Assembly (NCBI GenBank): GCA_028534125.1
Contig: CM052816.1
Coordinates: forward strand, 79,610,001 to 79,674,000
DNA: 64,000 nucleotides
From: Lama glama
Lineage: Eukaryota
Direction: 5' to 3'
The translations under genes were made by a program, and so were the position numbers. The notes under the pieces are model-generated. The model was not told where the DNA came from. It saw only the letters and a program-made list of their open reading frames with translations, and did not search any database. How positions within the stretch are numbered: position 1 is the stretch's first letter; every line of letters begins with the position of its first letter. This document shows, one piece after another, positions 1-11,778 of the stretch.

Positions 1-407
1 AGCGAAAGGGCACTGCATATGCCCTTTTAACTTTCTCTTAGGTCTTTAATTCCAGACAACAGCCATTCATGGGTTTATTCTACAGAGCTTCAGTTATTTA
101 AAATTTAGGTTGGTTTTTTATCTTAATTATAGGCTAGGTACTTTTTACAACTTTTTCCCTTGGACTTATTTATTCATTTTGCATACTTTATGAGCATAGG
201 CCATCTTATTCAAGTTTTTGATAGCTTGCTCCTCAGAGAGTTAATTGCCCTAAGAGTCTCACTAATCCTAGCCCAGTGAACCCAAAGGACTCAGTCTTCA
301 AAAATGCATGTATTAATATGAAAATCCCACCAAAGAGCCACACGTGCCGATGATAAAACCCTAGCTCTAAAATGTGCTCATATGTCATAAAACTAGACTC
401 ATAAAAC

Positions 408-1174
408 TAGCACTGTCCAATAGAATCATCCAATGACAGAAATGTTCTATGTCTGCAATGTCCAGTACAGAAGCCACTAACCACATGTGATTTTTGAAGA
501 TCTGAAATGTAGCTAATATCAGCACAATTTACAATAGCCAAGACATGGAAGCAACCTAGGTGTCCATAGACAGATGACTGGATAAAGAAGATGGGAATAT
601 ACACAGCGGAATATTACTCAGCCATAAAAAAGAATGAAATAATGACACTTGCAGCAACATGGGTAGATCTAGAGATTATCATACTAAGTGAAGTAAGTCA
701 GACAGAGGAAGACAAATATTATATAAAAATTATTTACATGTGGCATCTTAAAAATAGTATGAATGAACTTATTTACAAAACAGAAACAGACTTACAGACG
801 TAGAAAACAAACTTAGAGTTACTAAAGGGGAAGGGGAGGAGGGATAAACTGGGAGTATGGGGTTAACAGATACTCATTACCATATATAAAATAGATAAAC
901 AACAAGGATTTATTGTATAGCACAGGGGACTATATTCAATATCTTGTAATAACCTATAATGGAAAAGAATATAAAAAAAAGAGTATGGATATATACATAT
1001 ATATAACCAAATACTTTGCTGTACAACTGAAACTAACACAAAATTGTAAATCAACCAAACTTCAATTTAAAAATTAAAAAAAAGAAATGTAGCTAGTGTG
1101 GGCTAAAGAACTGAATTTGTAACTTTATGTCATTTTAATTAATTTAAATTTTCCTACCACATAGGACAGCACGG
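408..1174 (+). mobile_element. MER3-like hAT-Charlie DNA transposon split by an L1 insertion (pieces ~408-515 and ~1084-1174)
   Basis: Starts cactgtccaatagaa...aatgttctatgtctg...agccactaaccacatgtg and resumes gaaatgtagctagtgtg...aattaatttaaat...ggacagcac, matching the MER3 consensus as recalled. Confidence 0.85.
516..1083 (+). mobile_element. 5'-truncated LINE-1 (end of ORF2, 3' UTR, A-tail)
   Basis: acaatagccaagacatggaagcaacc; ORF 591-803 YTAEYYSAIKKNEI...WVDLEIIILSEVSQ is the L1 ORF2p C-terminus; exact 12-bp TSD gaaatgtagcta at 504-515 and 1084-1095. Confidence 0.95.
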
Positions 1175-1589
1175 AAGGAGTCTCTTGAATTAGCCCATGT
1201 GGTCTTTTGAACTAGAGGAATTTCAAAGCTGAAAATGTCGCAGGGGGGCTAAATGGATAAGATTTCATTGGGCGATGTCTAGTTTTGAGTCCATAACCTG
1301 TGGGGAAAAGTGTCCCAGCTTCTATGTAAACTGGGCAAATCTACTTGAGTGGTTCTCAGCTCTGCAGCTTCCTCAAGACTTTTGAGTGATGTTTGTCTAT
1401 GTATGACTTAGAGCATCCTCTCACAGGTTCTGCAGAGGGCTGGAGAGTTCCAGAGACCTGGGCTGGTGTTGAATCACTCATTCCGGGATGTTGCTGAAAC
1501 CGTCTCTTACCCAAACCACCCTCCCCCTAGAAGGATGGCCTAGCTTCCCTCGCTTTACTAGTTATGAACTCGACACTCAAAACACTTGT

Positions 1590-1755
1590 GAATAAGTTCA
1601 TCTGTGTCATTTTTTTAAGATTCCACATATAAATGATATCATATAATATTTGTCTTTCTCTGTCTGATTTCACTGATTATGATCATCTCTAGGTCCACCC
1701 ATGTTGCTGCAAATGGCATTACTTGACTCCTTTTTATGGTTGAGGAGTATTCCAT

Positions 1756-1786
<31 letters not shown>

Positions 1787-2002
1787 GTGTGTGTATATAT
1801 ATATATATATAAAACTTTTGTATTTAATCATCTGTCAAGGAACATTGAAGTTGCTTCCATGTCTTGGTTATTGTAAATAATGCTGCTAAGAACACTGGGT
1901 TGCATATATACAGACACAAATACATAGATATAGATGTATAATTGAGTCACTGTGCTGTACTCCAGAAACGTTGCAAATCAATTAGACTTCAATTAAAAAA
2001 AA
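1590..2002. mobile_element. LINE-1 3' end with inverted 5' segment (minus ~1590-1905, plus ~1906-2002)
   Basis: Antisense ORF2-end/3' UTR sequence (aataagttca...ttccacatat...gttgcttccatgtcttgg) joined to a sense 3' tip (gctgtactccagaaac...aaatcaattagacttcaattaaaaaaaa). Confidence 0.8.
1757..1810. repeat. Compound (TG)n(TA)n microsatellite within L1
   Basis: Direct reading of the sequence. Confidence 0.95.
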
Positions 2003-2038
2003 TCTTTTGAGCCCTCCATTATAAGAAAAGTACTCTGA

Positions 2039-2060
2039 GGAGGGTGGGTACTGCTCAGTG
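2039..2060 (+). mobile_element. Tailless 5' fragment of a tRNA-derived SINE or tRNA
   Basis: ggagggtgggtactgctcagtg (G-rich head plus decayed A-box) between aagaaaagtactctga (2023-2038) and aaaaaaagcactctga (2061-2076). Confidence 0.55.
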
Positions 2061-3374
2061 AAAAAAAGCACTCTGATATTTGGTCCAAAATAGTTTCCCT
2101 TCCTCAATTACGAGTAAAGCTAAGGCCATTTTTTTTTTTTTGCCTTCAAGAGAATATGCTTTAAAGCCATCAGCAAAGAATACATACATTTTTTCTGTCA
2201 TTTCCATCCTCCTACCCTTTCTTTTAAATTGAAGTATAGTTGACATTCAATAAATACAATTTTTGAGTGGTCCAAAAGGTAAGACATTTATTGTAAAGAC
2301 CAGAGACATGTGCCTTCATGTTCCAATATGCCAATCTTTTGCACAATTTAGGATTTTTATGGTGTCCACAGGACAGAATGTCCTGAGTAAGCCTGCATTG
2401 ATTGATAAGTAATACTTCACCAGATATATGAGTGCACAAATTTACAAACTAGATCTTAGTAGGGTACCATTCCCTTTACAAAAGTATTACTTGCTTTCAG
2501 AGAAATCTATATTCACTCCTGTAAATCATCGTAAAGTCACATTTAAATGTTCACAAAATCGAAGTTACTGGTTCTATGCTATATGGTTCTGAATAACTTA
2601 GAACTCACCTATGTATCTCCTCTGCCTACTAAGAACAATCCAAAAAGGAGGCAAAGCAGTTCCCAAAGGATACTGATGGAAAAGGACTCTGATTGGAGTC
2701 ATATTCACACATCTTAATAGAAACGTAACTCTATTTAAAGTGACAAATCCTTGATTTTACCAAATATTTAGCTGGAGGGATGTATTTGCAAAACGTGTCA
2801 TTTTATTACGCATTTCTTATGGGGGCTGCCCACTTTCATCCCCTGCTTTAAAAGTGACTGTTATTTCTAAAGAGAGAGGATCTGGAAGGTGTTCTTTCTC
2901 GCACAGCCGTCAGGAACTGCCTCGTCAGGAGGTCAGTTCCACCTTCTCTGGCCTTTTCTTATCTTCTTTGGATCGACTCACAGATACATCCAGATCCCTT
3001 CAAGCAAATAAAGAGCTCTCACCTTACACCGGCCTGGTTGGCCTTGGTCAAGCTGCAGGTGCCTCCTGCGTAACGCCTGGACCCAAGCCCAGACCCTGCT
3101 TTTCATTTCCCGTATTCTTTGGCTTAATTTCATTTCTATGTGAAACCCTTAGCCTGGATTCCAAGACCTCTTACTTAGTTTCCTGAGCTCTGGCACACTG
3201 TCTATCAGACGTAACCTTTCTTCTGTCTGGATTATTTTTTCTACCTGTTCCTTTCTGCCTTAACTGAATTTCATGAAGGTGACTCTTTTGCCACCTTGAC
3301 TGGTGTTTCTGCATTTACTCTCCTGCCTTCCTAGCCATTGTTTTCTGGAGTTGACTTAGAAAATAGAAGTGCAA

Positions 3375-3450
3375 AAGCAAACTAAGACTCAGAGAGATGA
3401 AGCGACTTCCCCAAGGTCACACAGCCAGTGAAGGGCAGAATGGGTTTATG
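3375..3450 (-). mobile_element. MIR SINE fragment
   Basis: actaagactcagagagatgaagcgacttccccaaggtcacacagccagt is the antisense MIR core. Confidence 0.75.
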
Positions 3451-4793
3451 AATGCATCTACTCCTGCCATGCTTTCTGTCCCTGAGAGTTAGGAAGGCCC
3501 AGTGCTGAGGGCCACACTTTGCACCAATAGTGAGGGTGTCCCGGTCTCCTGACTGGCAGCCTAAAATCCTACCTTTCTACACTATCCTCACCTGAGTGAA
3601 AAACAAAATGTGTAAAAGCAGAAAGCTAAACCCAGGAACTCCCTAAAGAAATACAGACATAATAAAAAAAAAATTAGTTTGGATTTACAGTTCCTTAGGC
3701 TTAACAAAACCTCTACCTTGATTTATGCTCTATCGAGTAATAAGATTGTCTTACAAATGGGTAATTCTAAACATTGCTAGCAACATAAAAACTTTCATAA
3801 TCGGTAAAGGATTTCCATTTTGACTTTTGATGATCACGATTTAATTGTGAGGAATGTGATGACTGATTCGTTTTTCACCTGACAGTAAACAATGTCACTT
3901 AACTGAGTCATCGGAATTTATTATTAACTTAACTGATATATTTTAGCTTTGACATTCCCAGGACAACCTGTTCTTGAAAAATGGGCCAAACCTGATGACT
4001 TATGTTCCCTGGAAAGGTGAGCAGATTATCTAAACATTCTATCACTCTCTCAGGGGATATTTGAATTTGCCAATCTGGAAGAAATGCTAACTTTGACCAA
4101 ACCCAACAAGCCACAGACACAAGAGAACTGATTTCAGGAGCAATGCCTTGAATCTTTAAGTCTCTCTTTTTATGGAATTGTGCTAAACAGAATCGTAATC
4201 TGCAGATTGGGATAATACACAGCCCAAAACAAAAAATACTACAAATGAGCTCATGTACTCCTGAGGAATATCTGAATAGATCTGAACAAGCAGCTGACAT
4301 CATCTCTCTAATGTGTCTGGATCAGGGGCACAGGAGGGCGGATATTACAGACATTCCACAAGTTAATGGAATGAAGAAAGTTTCCAAGTATATCTGGGGG
4401 AGACTGATCTACAAAACGTATTTTGCAGTAAAATATGTGTTAAGCCTCCCTGAGTTCCACAGCTGCATCACTCCCCAGGAATGGAGAGACAATGTGACAG
4501 TAGTTTTTGCTTTCTGAGTGACTGGTTAAGTAATATAAAGAAGACAGTCACTTTTTACTGGGCTCCATGCAATCTGCGATCTGTGGCCATGTGCATGTAA
4601 ACATCAAAAAGCCCAAGCTTCACAACTGCTATACTGGGCTCCTCTCATTATCAGAGGACCAAACTGGTGTAAGCTGAGATGATCAGCGGAAGGGCAGAAC
4701 AATATATCAAAGGCACCCATCGACTAATGCAATTTGGAAGAAGAAGAAAAACAATAAACAACCACCTAGGAAAGAGGACTTTGGGCATTATTC

Positions 4794-5337
4794 TGTTGCA
4801 GGAGAATGGGTCACAAGAGGATGGTCATGACCAAGGTCTCAGGTGGGTGAGTTCATAGGATGGGCCACCAAGTGAGGGTCCTTGGCTTTGCACAGGAAAG
4901 AACTGAAGAGTGGACCACAGTAAAGTGAAAATGAGTTTATTTAGAGATATACATGTTCCATAGACAGAATCTGTCTCAGGAGGGAGAGAGATCCTGGAGT
5001 CCAGGGGTGGTTAGTTTTTATGCTCTGGGTGATTTCACATGCTAACAAGTTGGAGGATTCTTGCAACTACTTTGGGGAAGGGGCAGGGATTTCCAGGAAT
5101 TGGGCTATCATCCACTTTTGGCTTTTTATGGTCAGTCTTGGAATTGTCAAGGTGCCTATGGCTGTTTCATTTATATGTTAATGTATTCCAATGAGCATGT
5201 AATGAGGCTTAAGGTTTACTGGAAGTTGAATCTTCTGCCATCTTGGGCCCAGTTGGTTTTAACCAGTTTTTGTCATATCCTCAACAGCAGTGCTATTCTT
5301 TTAAAAGTTGTGCCCTACCCCCTTCCCTCCTGCCTCA
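4794..5337 (-). mobile_element. ERV1-class solo LTR
   Basis: TG...CA termini (tgttgca...tgcctca); exact 4-bp TSD attc at 4790-4793 and 5338-5341; minus-strand AATAAA near 4936; 544 bp. Confidence 0.85.
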
Positions 5338-6431
5338 ATTCCTACTCATTACATCTAGAAAGAGAGAAGAGCTGCTGTTAAGGGTCTCAGCCTTGGCAGG
5401 GCGGACACAGAAGCTGTTATCTCTGGCACTGCTGTGGAATCAATCTAACCAGGAGTGGAGAGAGGGCAGCAGTGCCATGGCAACTACAGCTGCTGCAGGA
5501 GGGAAGGGAGGAGATGCACTGAGGCAGGTTTGAGAGCAGGCCCACCCAGAGAGCACACTGCTGAAGGGGGCCCTGAGGACCTGCTTCTGGCCCCAGTCCT
5601 CGAGGAGGACATTCTTCTCTAACAGGAACTTCCTTAGGGAAGACAGATATTCCTTCCATCAGGAAAACAAGTCATAATTGTAGCCATGGTGTGCACAAAA
5701 TATAGAGTGAGAAGACCAGGGAGTACATGTGTGGTCCCTTCTTTGTGGAAGAGCAACACTTACTCCTTCCCCTACATTCACCCCAAGATGTCAGAGACTG
5801 AGCCACAAGCAAAGCTGCTGTGAGACAGATGGTAACACAGTACAGGACTGTTATTGAGGAATGTTCTACTGGAGTACTCTCCCCACAAAGTAGGAACACC
5901 CTGAATCAACAGAGTCTGTTGTAACTTTTTTTCTCTTAAGATAAAAAGTCTTCATATATTTTCTCTCAGGTATACCAAATCTACCAACTTCCTCCCTCCT
6001 CTCTTTTATATCACTGTGTTTCCACTTACCTCTCTTTTCAACAAGTTTATGCTGGTGACAGTGATATATAAGTACCCCTGAATGTAATAGAACAGAATCT
6101 TGGATGAGACCGTGAAAGAGAGTTTACCTGAGAAGGCCAAAGGAGCAGGACAGGTAGTTGACTGGTCTCTTTCTTGATCCACTGCAGAGTCACTTCATGG
6201 TCAATGAGTTTTTTCTCATGTTAACTTAAAATCTCTTTGGTCACCATCTTAGTCCTTCTCTATCCACCCCATTCAAACCCCAATGGCTATAAGGAATCAC
6301 TATCTTCATCTGTATCTTGTATCTCTTTGTAAATTTCCCTATCATTTGAGAAGGTTACTAACCTATAATTTTGAAAAGTGCTATCCATGCTATCTTAGCA
6401 ACTAACCTATGGCAGATACATCTCTTTACAT

Positions 6432-6915
6432 AAGACAGAGGCTGCTAGCTGGCCCTTAACAACCATTCTTGCATCCTCTCTCAGAATAGTAGAACTTGCA
6501 ATTTCTAGTTGGGCACATGACCACTTAGGATAAAGACCACATAGCCCATCTTCTGGTGGAGGTACATGTAGCCATATGTCTTAAATCTGCCAAAGGAATG
6601 TGAGAAGAAATTATGAAAGCAATTTCCAAGTTGTGTCTTTGTAGGATAATCCATTCGCATTCCCTCTCCCTATTTCCATGCTGCTCTTGAAAATAATCCT
6701 GGTGCTACGTCATGTTAGACCACGAGGTTAAGTCAATACCCTAGAGATGGCAGAGCAGCAAAAAAGTTTCTGACACCCTCATGCAGCATAGCCACTAACC
6801 AACCCTGACCAACCTACTTCTGGATGTTACATAAGAAACAAATGAATTTCTATCTTGCTTAAGACAGTGATAGGTATTTTGGCTTAAAGGCTTTCAGGCT
6901 GCTGAATCTAATAAA
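6432..6915 (+). mobile_element. MLT1 (ERVL-MaLR, MLT1I/J-like) LTR, old and diverged
   Basis: cagaggctgctagct...taaagaccacat...ggaatgtgagaagaa...ctagagatggcagagcagcaa...acctacttctggatgttacataagaaacaaatgaatttctatcttgcttaag. Confidence 0.7.
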
Positions 6916-7539
6916 CATGATTACTTACATTTATCTCTCATGGTATGCCATCCTAGACAGAAAAGTTGAATGGTCTGTACCAATGTAGGTTCTATGGGAA
7001 GAGATCAAAGACTGCCTCAGGGTGCTAGGAATCTAGCCCCCAAAACCAAGAATCAGCAAGAGCTGAGGTTGTAATGCAAGACAGCAGGGTTATAGCCCCC
7101 CCCCCAAAAAAAGTAGAGAATCAAAATAAGGCAGGTGAAATCTGATAAAGTTATGCAAAGTAGACAGCCCCAAGGAGAGTATACACGTGTTGTATGGGAA
7201 GGTCTGCACAATGGCAGGTAGAGTCAGGGGGCCGGGCAGGGGTATCCTGAAAGCTACAAAGACCATAGCTCTAAAGTGACCATCTACTCTGCCCCCTGGC
7301 TATGGGCTTTTGACATCTTTCATAATAAAGTGGTCCAAGCTTACCGACACAGCCACATCTCATGGTTCTCTAGACTTAAAAGCACTTTGCCTCCATCTGG
7401 GCAGGAAACCCATTGCTTACATCAGACGGGCAAGTTGAATTCTTGCAGTGAATTGGAAGTTTCATTGGTGGAAGGAAATCTAGACCATCAGGAGTCCTCT
7501 AGAACCAATGGGAGAGAAATCATGAGCTCAGGGTTTAGA

Positions 7540-8012
7540 TTGCACTGTTTAATGTGGTATCCATCAGCCACAGGTGTGTACTGAACTTCTGAAATGGGGC
7601 TGGTCAGCATTGAGATATGTTGTAAATGTAAAAAACACAGTGGGTTTGAAGACTTAGAACAAATAAAAGGAAGAGTGTAAAATATCTCATAAATATTTTT
7701 ATATGGATTGCATGTTGAAATGACGTTTCATTAACTAGTATAATAAAATTTTATTTTGTAGTCATTTCCAAAGTTGACAGAGAAATAGATTAAATGTCCC
7801 AAGTAGTTGCATTGATTGCAGAAAATGTTCATAATCACTCCATAGAAATTGTACTTTTTCCTAAATTAATGGATTTTTTAATATAATGGGTTAAAGTAGA
7901 TATACTATTAAAATTAATTTATTATGTTTCTTTTTACTTTATTTTATACAGGATTCCAGAAAACATACAATTATATATGCAGTTCATGTTATATTTCTAT
8001 TGAACAGCACTG
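7540..8012 (-). mobile_element. MER33/Charlie5-type hAT DNA transposon with ~150 bp of extra internal sequence
   Basis: Both ends match the recalled MER33 reverse complement (tgcactgtttaatgtgg...ccacaggtg; atatttctattgaacagcactg); AT-rich segment ~7725-7870 is not in MER33 as I recall it. Confidence 0.75.
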
Positions 8013-8068
8013 ACCTAGACCCTGGGTTTTGAAGAGCTAGAAGAAATGTTTGTTTTCCCAGGTGAGAG

Positions 8069-9103
8069 TGTTGCTGAGTTCAATTTCATGCCATTCACCT
8101 CACAACGGGCCAATAAGTTGAGAGACATGGTATTGGGTCAAGGAAAGCAACTTTACTCAGAAAGCCAGAAAACCAAGAAGATGACAAAATAATGCCCTGA
8201 AGAACCATCTTAATTCAGGGCAGAATTCTATCTTCTTTAATGTTAGGGAAGGGGGAAGCAGGAGGGGGTTAAGATCAGTAAGTGATGGACAGCCGCAGAG
8301 ATCTGGACACCAGCAAGTGTTGTGAAAACTCTTTGTTCTTGATCAGTTGACTTCAGATGATATGAGTCTGGTCACGATGTTCCTATAAATCTTGACAAGA
8401 CAATCATTACTTTTGTTCATAGATTCTTACCCCTGTGGGAGGCAAGCTTTGGGTAAGGGGCTGTTTGCAGGGACCTTAAACTATAAGCAGAATCCCTTTA
8501 ATGATTAAATATGTGTACGTGCAGGGCTAAGCAAAGGCTCATGACTCGGAGGTTAAAACAGCAGAAAAGATGGTGGCAATATGGAGTCAGAGAGACCAAG
8601 CTTCTGCTACAACAAGAGGCAGGTAAGGGATGTGTGTGTGCATGTGTGTGCGCGTGAGTGCATGTGCATGGTGGAGGAGGGCCTTAGTTCCTGAAGAACA
8701 ACTCAAAGATATGCATTAGACTGTTACGTATATCCCTTGAGAAGGAACTAGGACTCTGTTTTATTGCTGAACTATCGTGGTTGCTTTTCTTGTTTTACTG
8801 CTTTTCCTTTGTTCCCACACTCCCTCACTTCCCTGATTAGTAACTGCCTGCACCTGCTCTTTGGGACTCAGGGAAAGCCATGGAGACTAAAGCCTTTTTC
8901 CACAAACAAGAATCAGGGGACACAGAGGGACTTTTGTACGCAGGAGGGCCCCACTGGCCCTGCTTGGCTTCGATCTCCCCTTTTCTTTCATACTCCTCAA
9001 TCTTGAGGAGAACAGAAGTGGGACAAGAAAGGGAACAGTTTTAGATAGAGAAGTTAATCATAAGCTCAGCGGAGGAACTCAGTTTCAGGGGGTCTTCGTT
9101 TCA
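8069..9103 (-). mobile_element. ERV1-class LTR sequence, probably two LTR pieces (8069-8614 and ~8670-9103)
   Basis: tgttgctgag start preceded by agag; ends ...ctacaaca (8614) and ...gtttca (9103) are each followed by agag; LTR-like motifs gaacaactcaaagatatg, cccttgagaaggaactagg. Confidence 0.75.
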
Positions 9104-10127
9104 AGAGAAGGTGCAGAAGACAGACACCTGAGATCTGTCTCACCTGTCACAAAGGTAGCATATAGCCAATTTGACTCCATTTCTTCTCATTCTTATTTGA
9201 TAAGCCCAAATGTTTAGAGTTGACATTAACTCCCAATCCTGGCAATGAGGTTTTGTGCATTGTCCCCACAGGGACATCTTTGCTGACCAAATTCTTGACC
9301 TGCAATTGCTAAGAAGTTGTTCTAGCCATTAAAAATTTAAAAATCTATTTAGACAAATGGAAAAAATCATAGGAGACACTTTTTTGAACTGGATTTTCTC
9401 AATGACCTAATTATGTATTTATTACAGTGTGTCCTAAAGCTGTACCTCTCATCAGCACAAAGAAAAGTGTATCTTTATATCTGATGTGACAGGTAAGGAA
9501 TAGAGAAAAAATTTAAACAATAACCCTTTTTTAAAGAAGGAAATTCTCTTTTCCTATTTTTCTCTAACTATCCTGAAAGCACAAAGTAGGTCTTTAAAAA
9601 TGTACTGGGGGTCCCCTAATGAGCCACAGATCATCTTCAGATTGGCAAACAACTAAACATTTGATAGAAAATTTGTAAACAGGAAAAAAATTTCAGGTGT
9701 GCACTTTACCATACTCTACGGACATGATGGAGTTGATAAGTTTCAGTAAGTATTATTTACATAACTGGAAATAATGGCTACTGCATTACGCTGTCTGCTG
9801 GGTGGAAAACTTAATAGGCTTTTCTCTTCCCTTTGTGGTCTCATTTAAACATCCTTTTGGCTTAAGAGGACTCTGTTGCTTGTGGCCACCCATTTCTATG
9901 CTGTATGCCCAATGCTCCTGAAGTCCTACCTTTGGCTAAGCAATATTTAAGTGATGCATGAACAGTACATGGTGCAAGCAAGCCTGTTATCCCATGGTTT
10001 TTCTCTTCTCTGGGATCCTTTTAAACTTTCTGCATAGATCTTATTCTTTTAACATCTGCTAAGCTTTTCTTAGATTTATTTTAAAAAATAAGACATGCTT
10101 GTGTTGAATTAAAGTAATAGGAGTCTA

Positions 10128-10600
10128 ATATGGGTAGATTTTGAAGGCATTATGCTAAATTAAATAAGTCAGAGAGAGAAAGACAGGTGCTATATGAAAT
10201 CACTTACCTGTGTAATCTACAAATGCTGGACTTAGTAGAAATGAAAAGTAGAATGGTAGTTACCAGGGTCTCAGGGATAGAGAAATTGCAATGATGTTGG
10301 TTAAAAAGTACAAACTTCCAGTTAGAAGATGATTCAGCTCTTGGGATCTTAATGCACAGCATTGTGATTATGGTTACCAATACTGTGTCATATACCTGAG
10401 AATTTGTAAGTGAATAGATCTTAAATGGTATCACCAAAAAGAAAAAAAGAAATGGTAATTATATGACATGATGAGGTGTTAGCTAATGCAATGGCAGCAA
10501 TCATTTGGTAATATACAAGTTAATCAATACATCACATCCCACACTTTGAACTCATACAATGTTATATGTCAATTATATCTTGATAAAGCTAGGGAAAAAA
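10128..10600 (+). mobile_element. Older L1M (L1MA/MB-like) 3' end
   Basis: gaaggcattatgctaaattaaataagtcag...caatgttatatgtcaattatatcttgataaagctagggaaaaaa; decayed TSD aaagtaataggagtcta (10111-10127) / aaagtaacgggggtcta (10602-10618). Confidence 0.9.
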
Positions 10601-11778
10601 TAAAGTAACGGGGGTCTATTGTAAAGAGCAGAAATAAAGAGGAGAGTCGTGCCAGATGCTCGCCTAGTCCTCACCTCTCCCTGCATGGAAAATAAAGTCC
10701 AGGTGAGCAAGAGGGTAGGTCAATGTACAGTGCAGTCAGTGCTGTTCTGACAGCAGAGTTATCTCTTTGTCCCTGTGGGTGTGAAGACAGTTTCACTTCC
10801 CACCTGTGGGATGACCCAGCAACCTGCTCCCTGCTCCCCATGCTGCTCCTCACCAGATGCATTTACCTTCCCCACTTCTCAATTTCCAACTCTGTCAGAG
10901 AAAAGATCTCTATATGTATAGCTGGGGACTCTTGAGTACAGCAGTTTTTCCCTTCAGTTTTGGTTCCCAGACTCTTTTCATTGTTATCCATAATCCTGAG
11001 AACCACATTAAGAATCATTTTAATGTATCTGTTTGCAATAAAATTAAATGTGATGAAATAAAAATATTCTAGATTTTAAAACTAAAGATGAACAAATTGA
11101 TCTTTATGATATATGACAACATTAAATACGACTTTTTAACAGCTAATTAGAGATGCATACGGTTTAATGTGCTTTAAATCACTTAAGAGAAGAAATGCAC
11201 GATTTATTGGCAAATTTATTCTAAAGGATATTATATTCGGTTTTGCTGTCAAGTATAAAAATGTAGACTAAAGTTGAGTTGTCTTACTGCACTGAAATGG
11301 AGAAAAAAGTGTTACCTTAACCTTGAATTATTCCACTTTGCTTTACAAAAAAAAGAAAAATCAACTGGCCTATTTTTTGTATCTGCTTTGTTTCAAATGA
11401 TTAGTTTAGAGGTTTAAAAATTTCAACCACTTTTCTGTAAATGATTTGTTAAAGATATGAATACCATTTCCTACCACTGAATGAAAAGCCAAGTCACATT
11501 TACTTATCATATTTTACTCTTTAAAGTAGATTTTTAAAATATTAGAGATGATTTTATATCTACGTGCTAACTGACCAAATACTTACAACTCATAGAGTTA
11601 TCAACAGGCCTCTTGAAGTAATGTGGCAAATATATGGTCACTTTCCTGTTCCTCATTAAGTTTTATTGTAAGTTGAATATGCCTCATTCTTCCTCACTTT
11701 AACTAATGGGCCATTTTTGGTATGAATAAAATAATATATAGCTGAGAATATGCTAAATAATTTATAATTTTATAGTAG

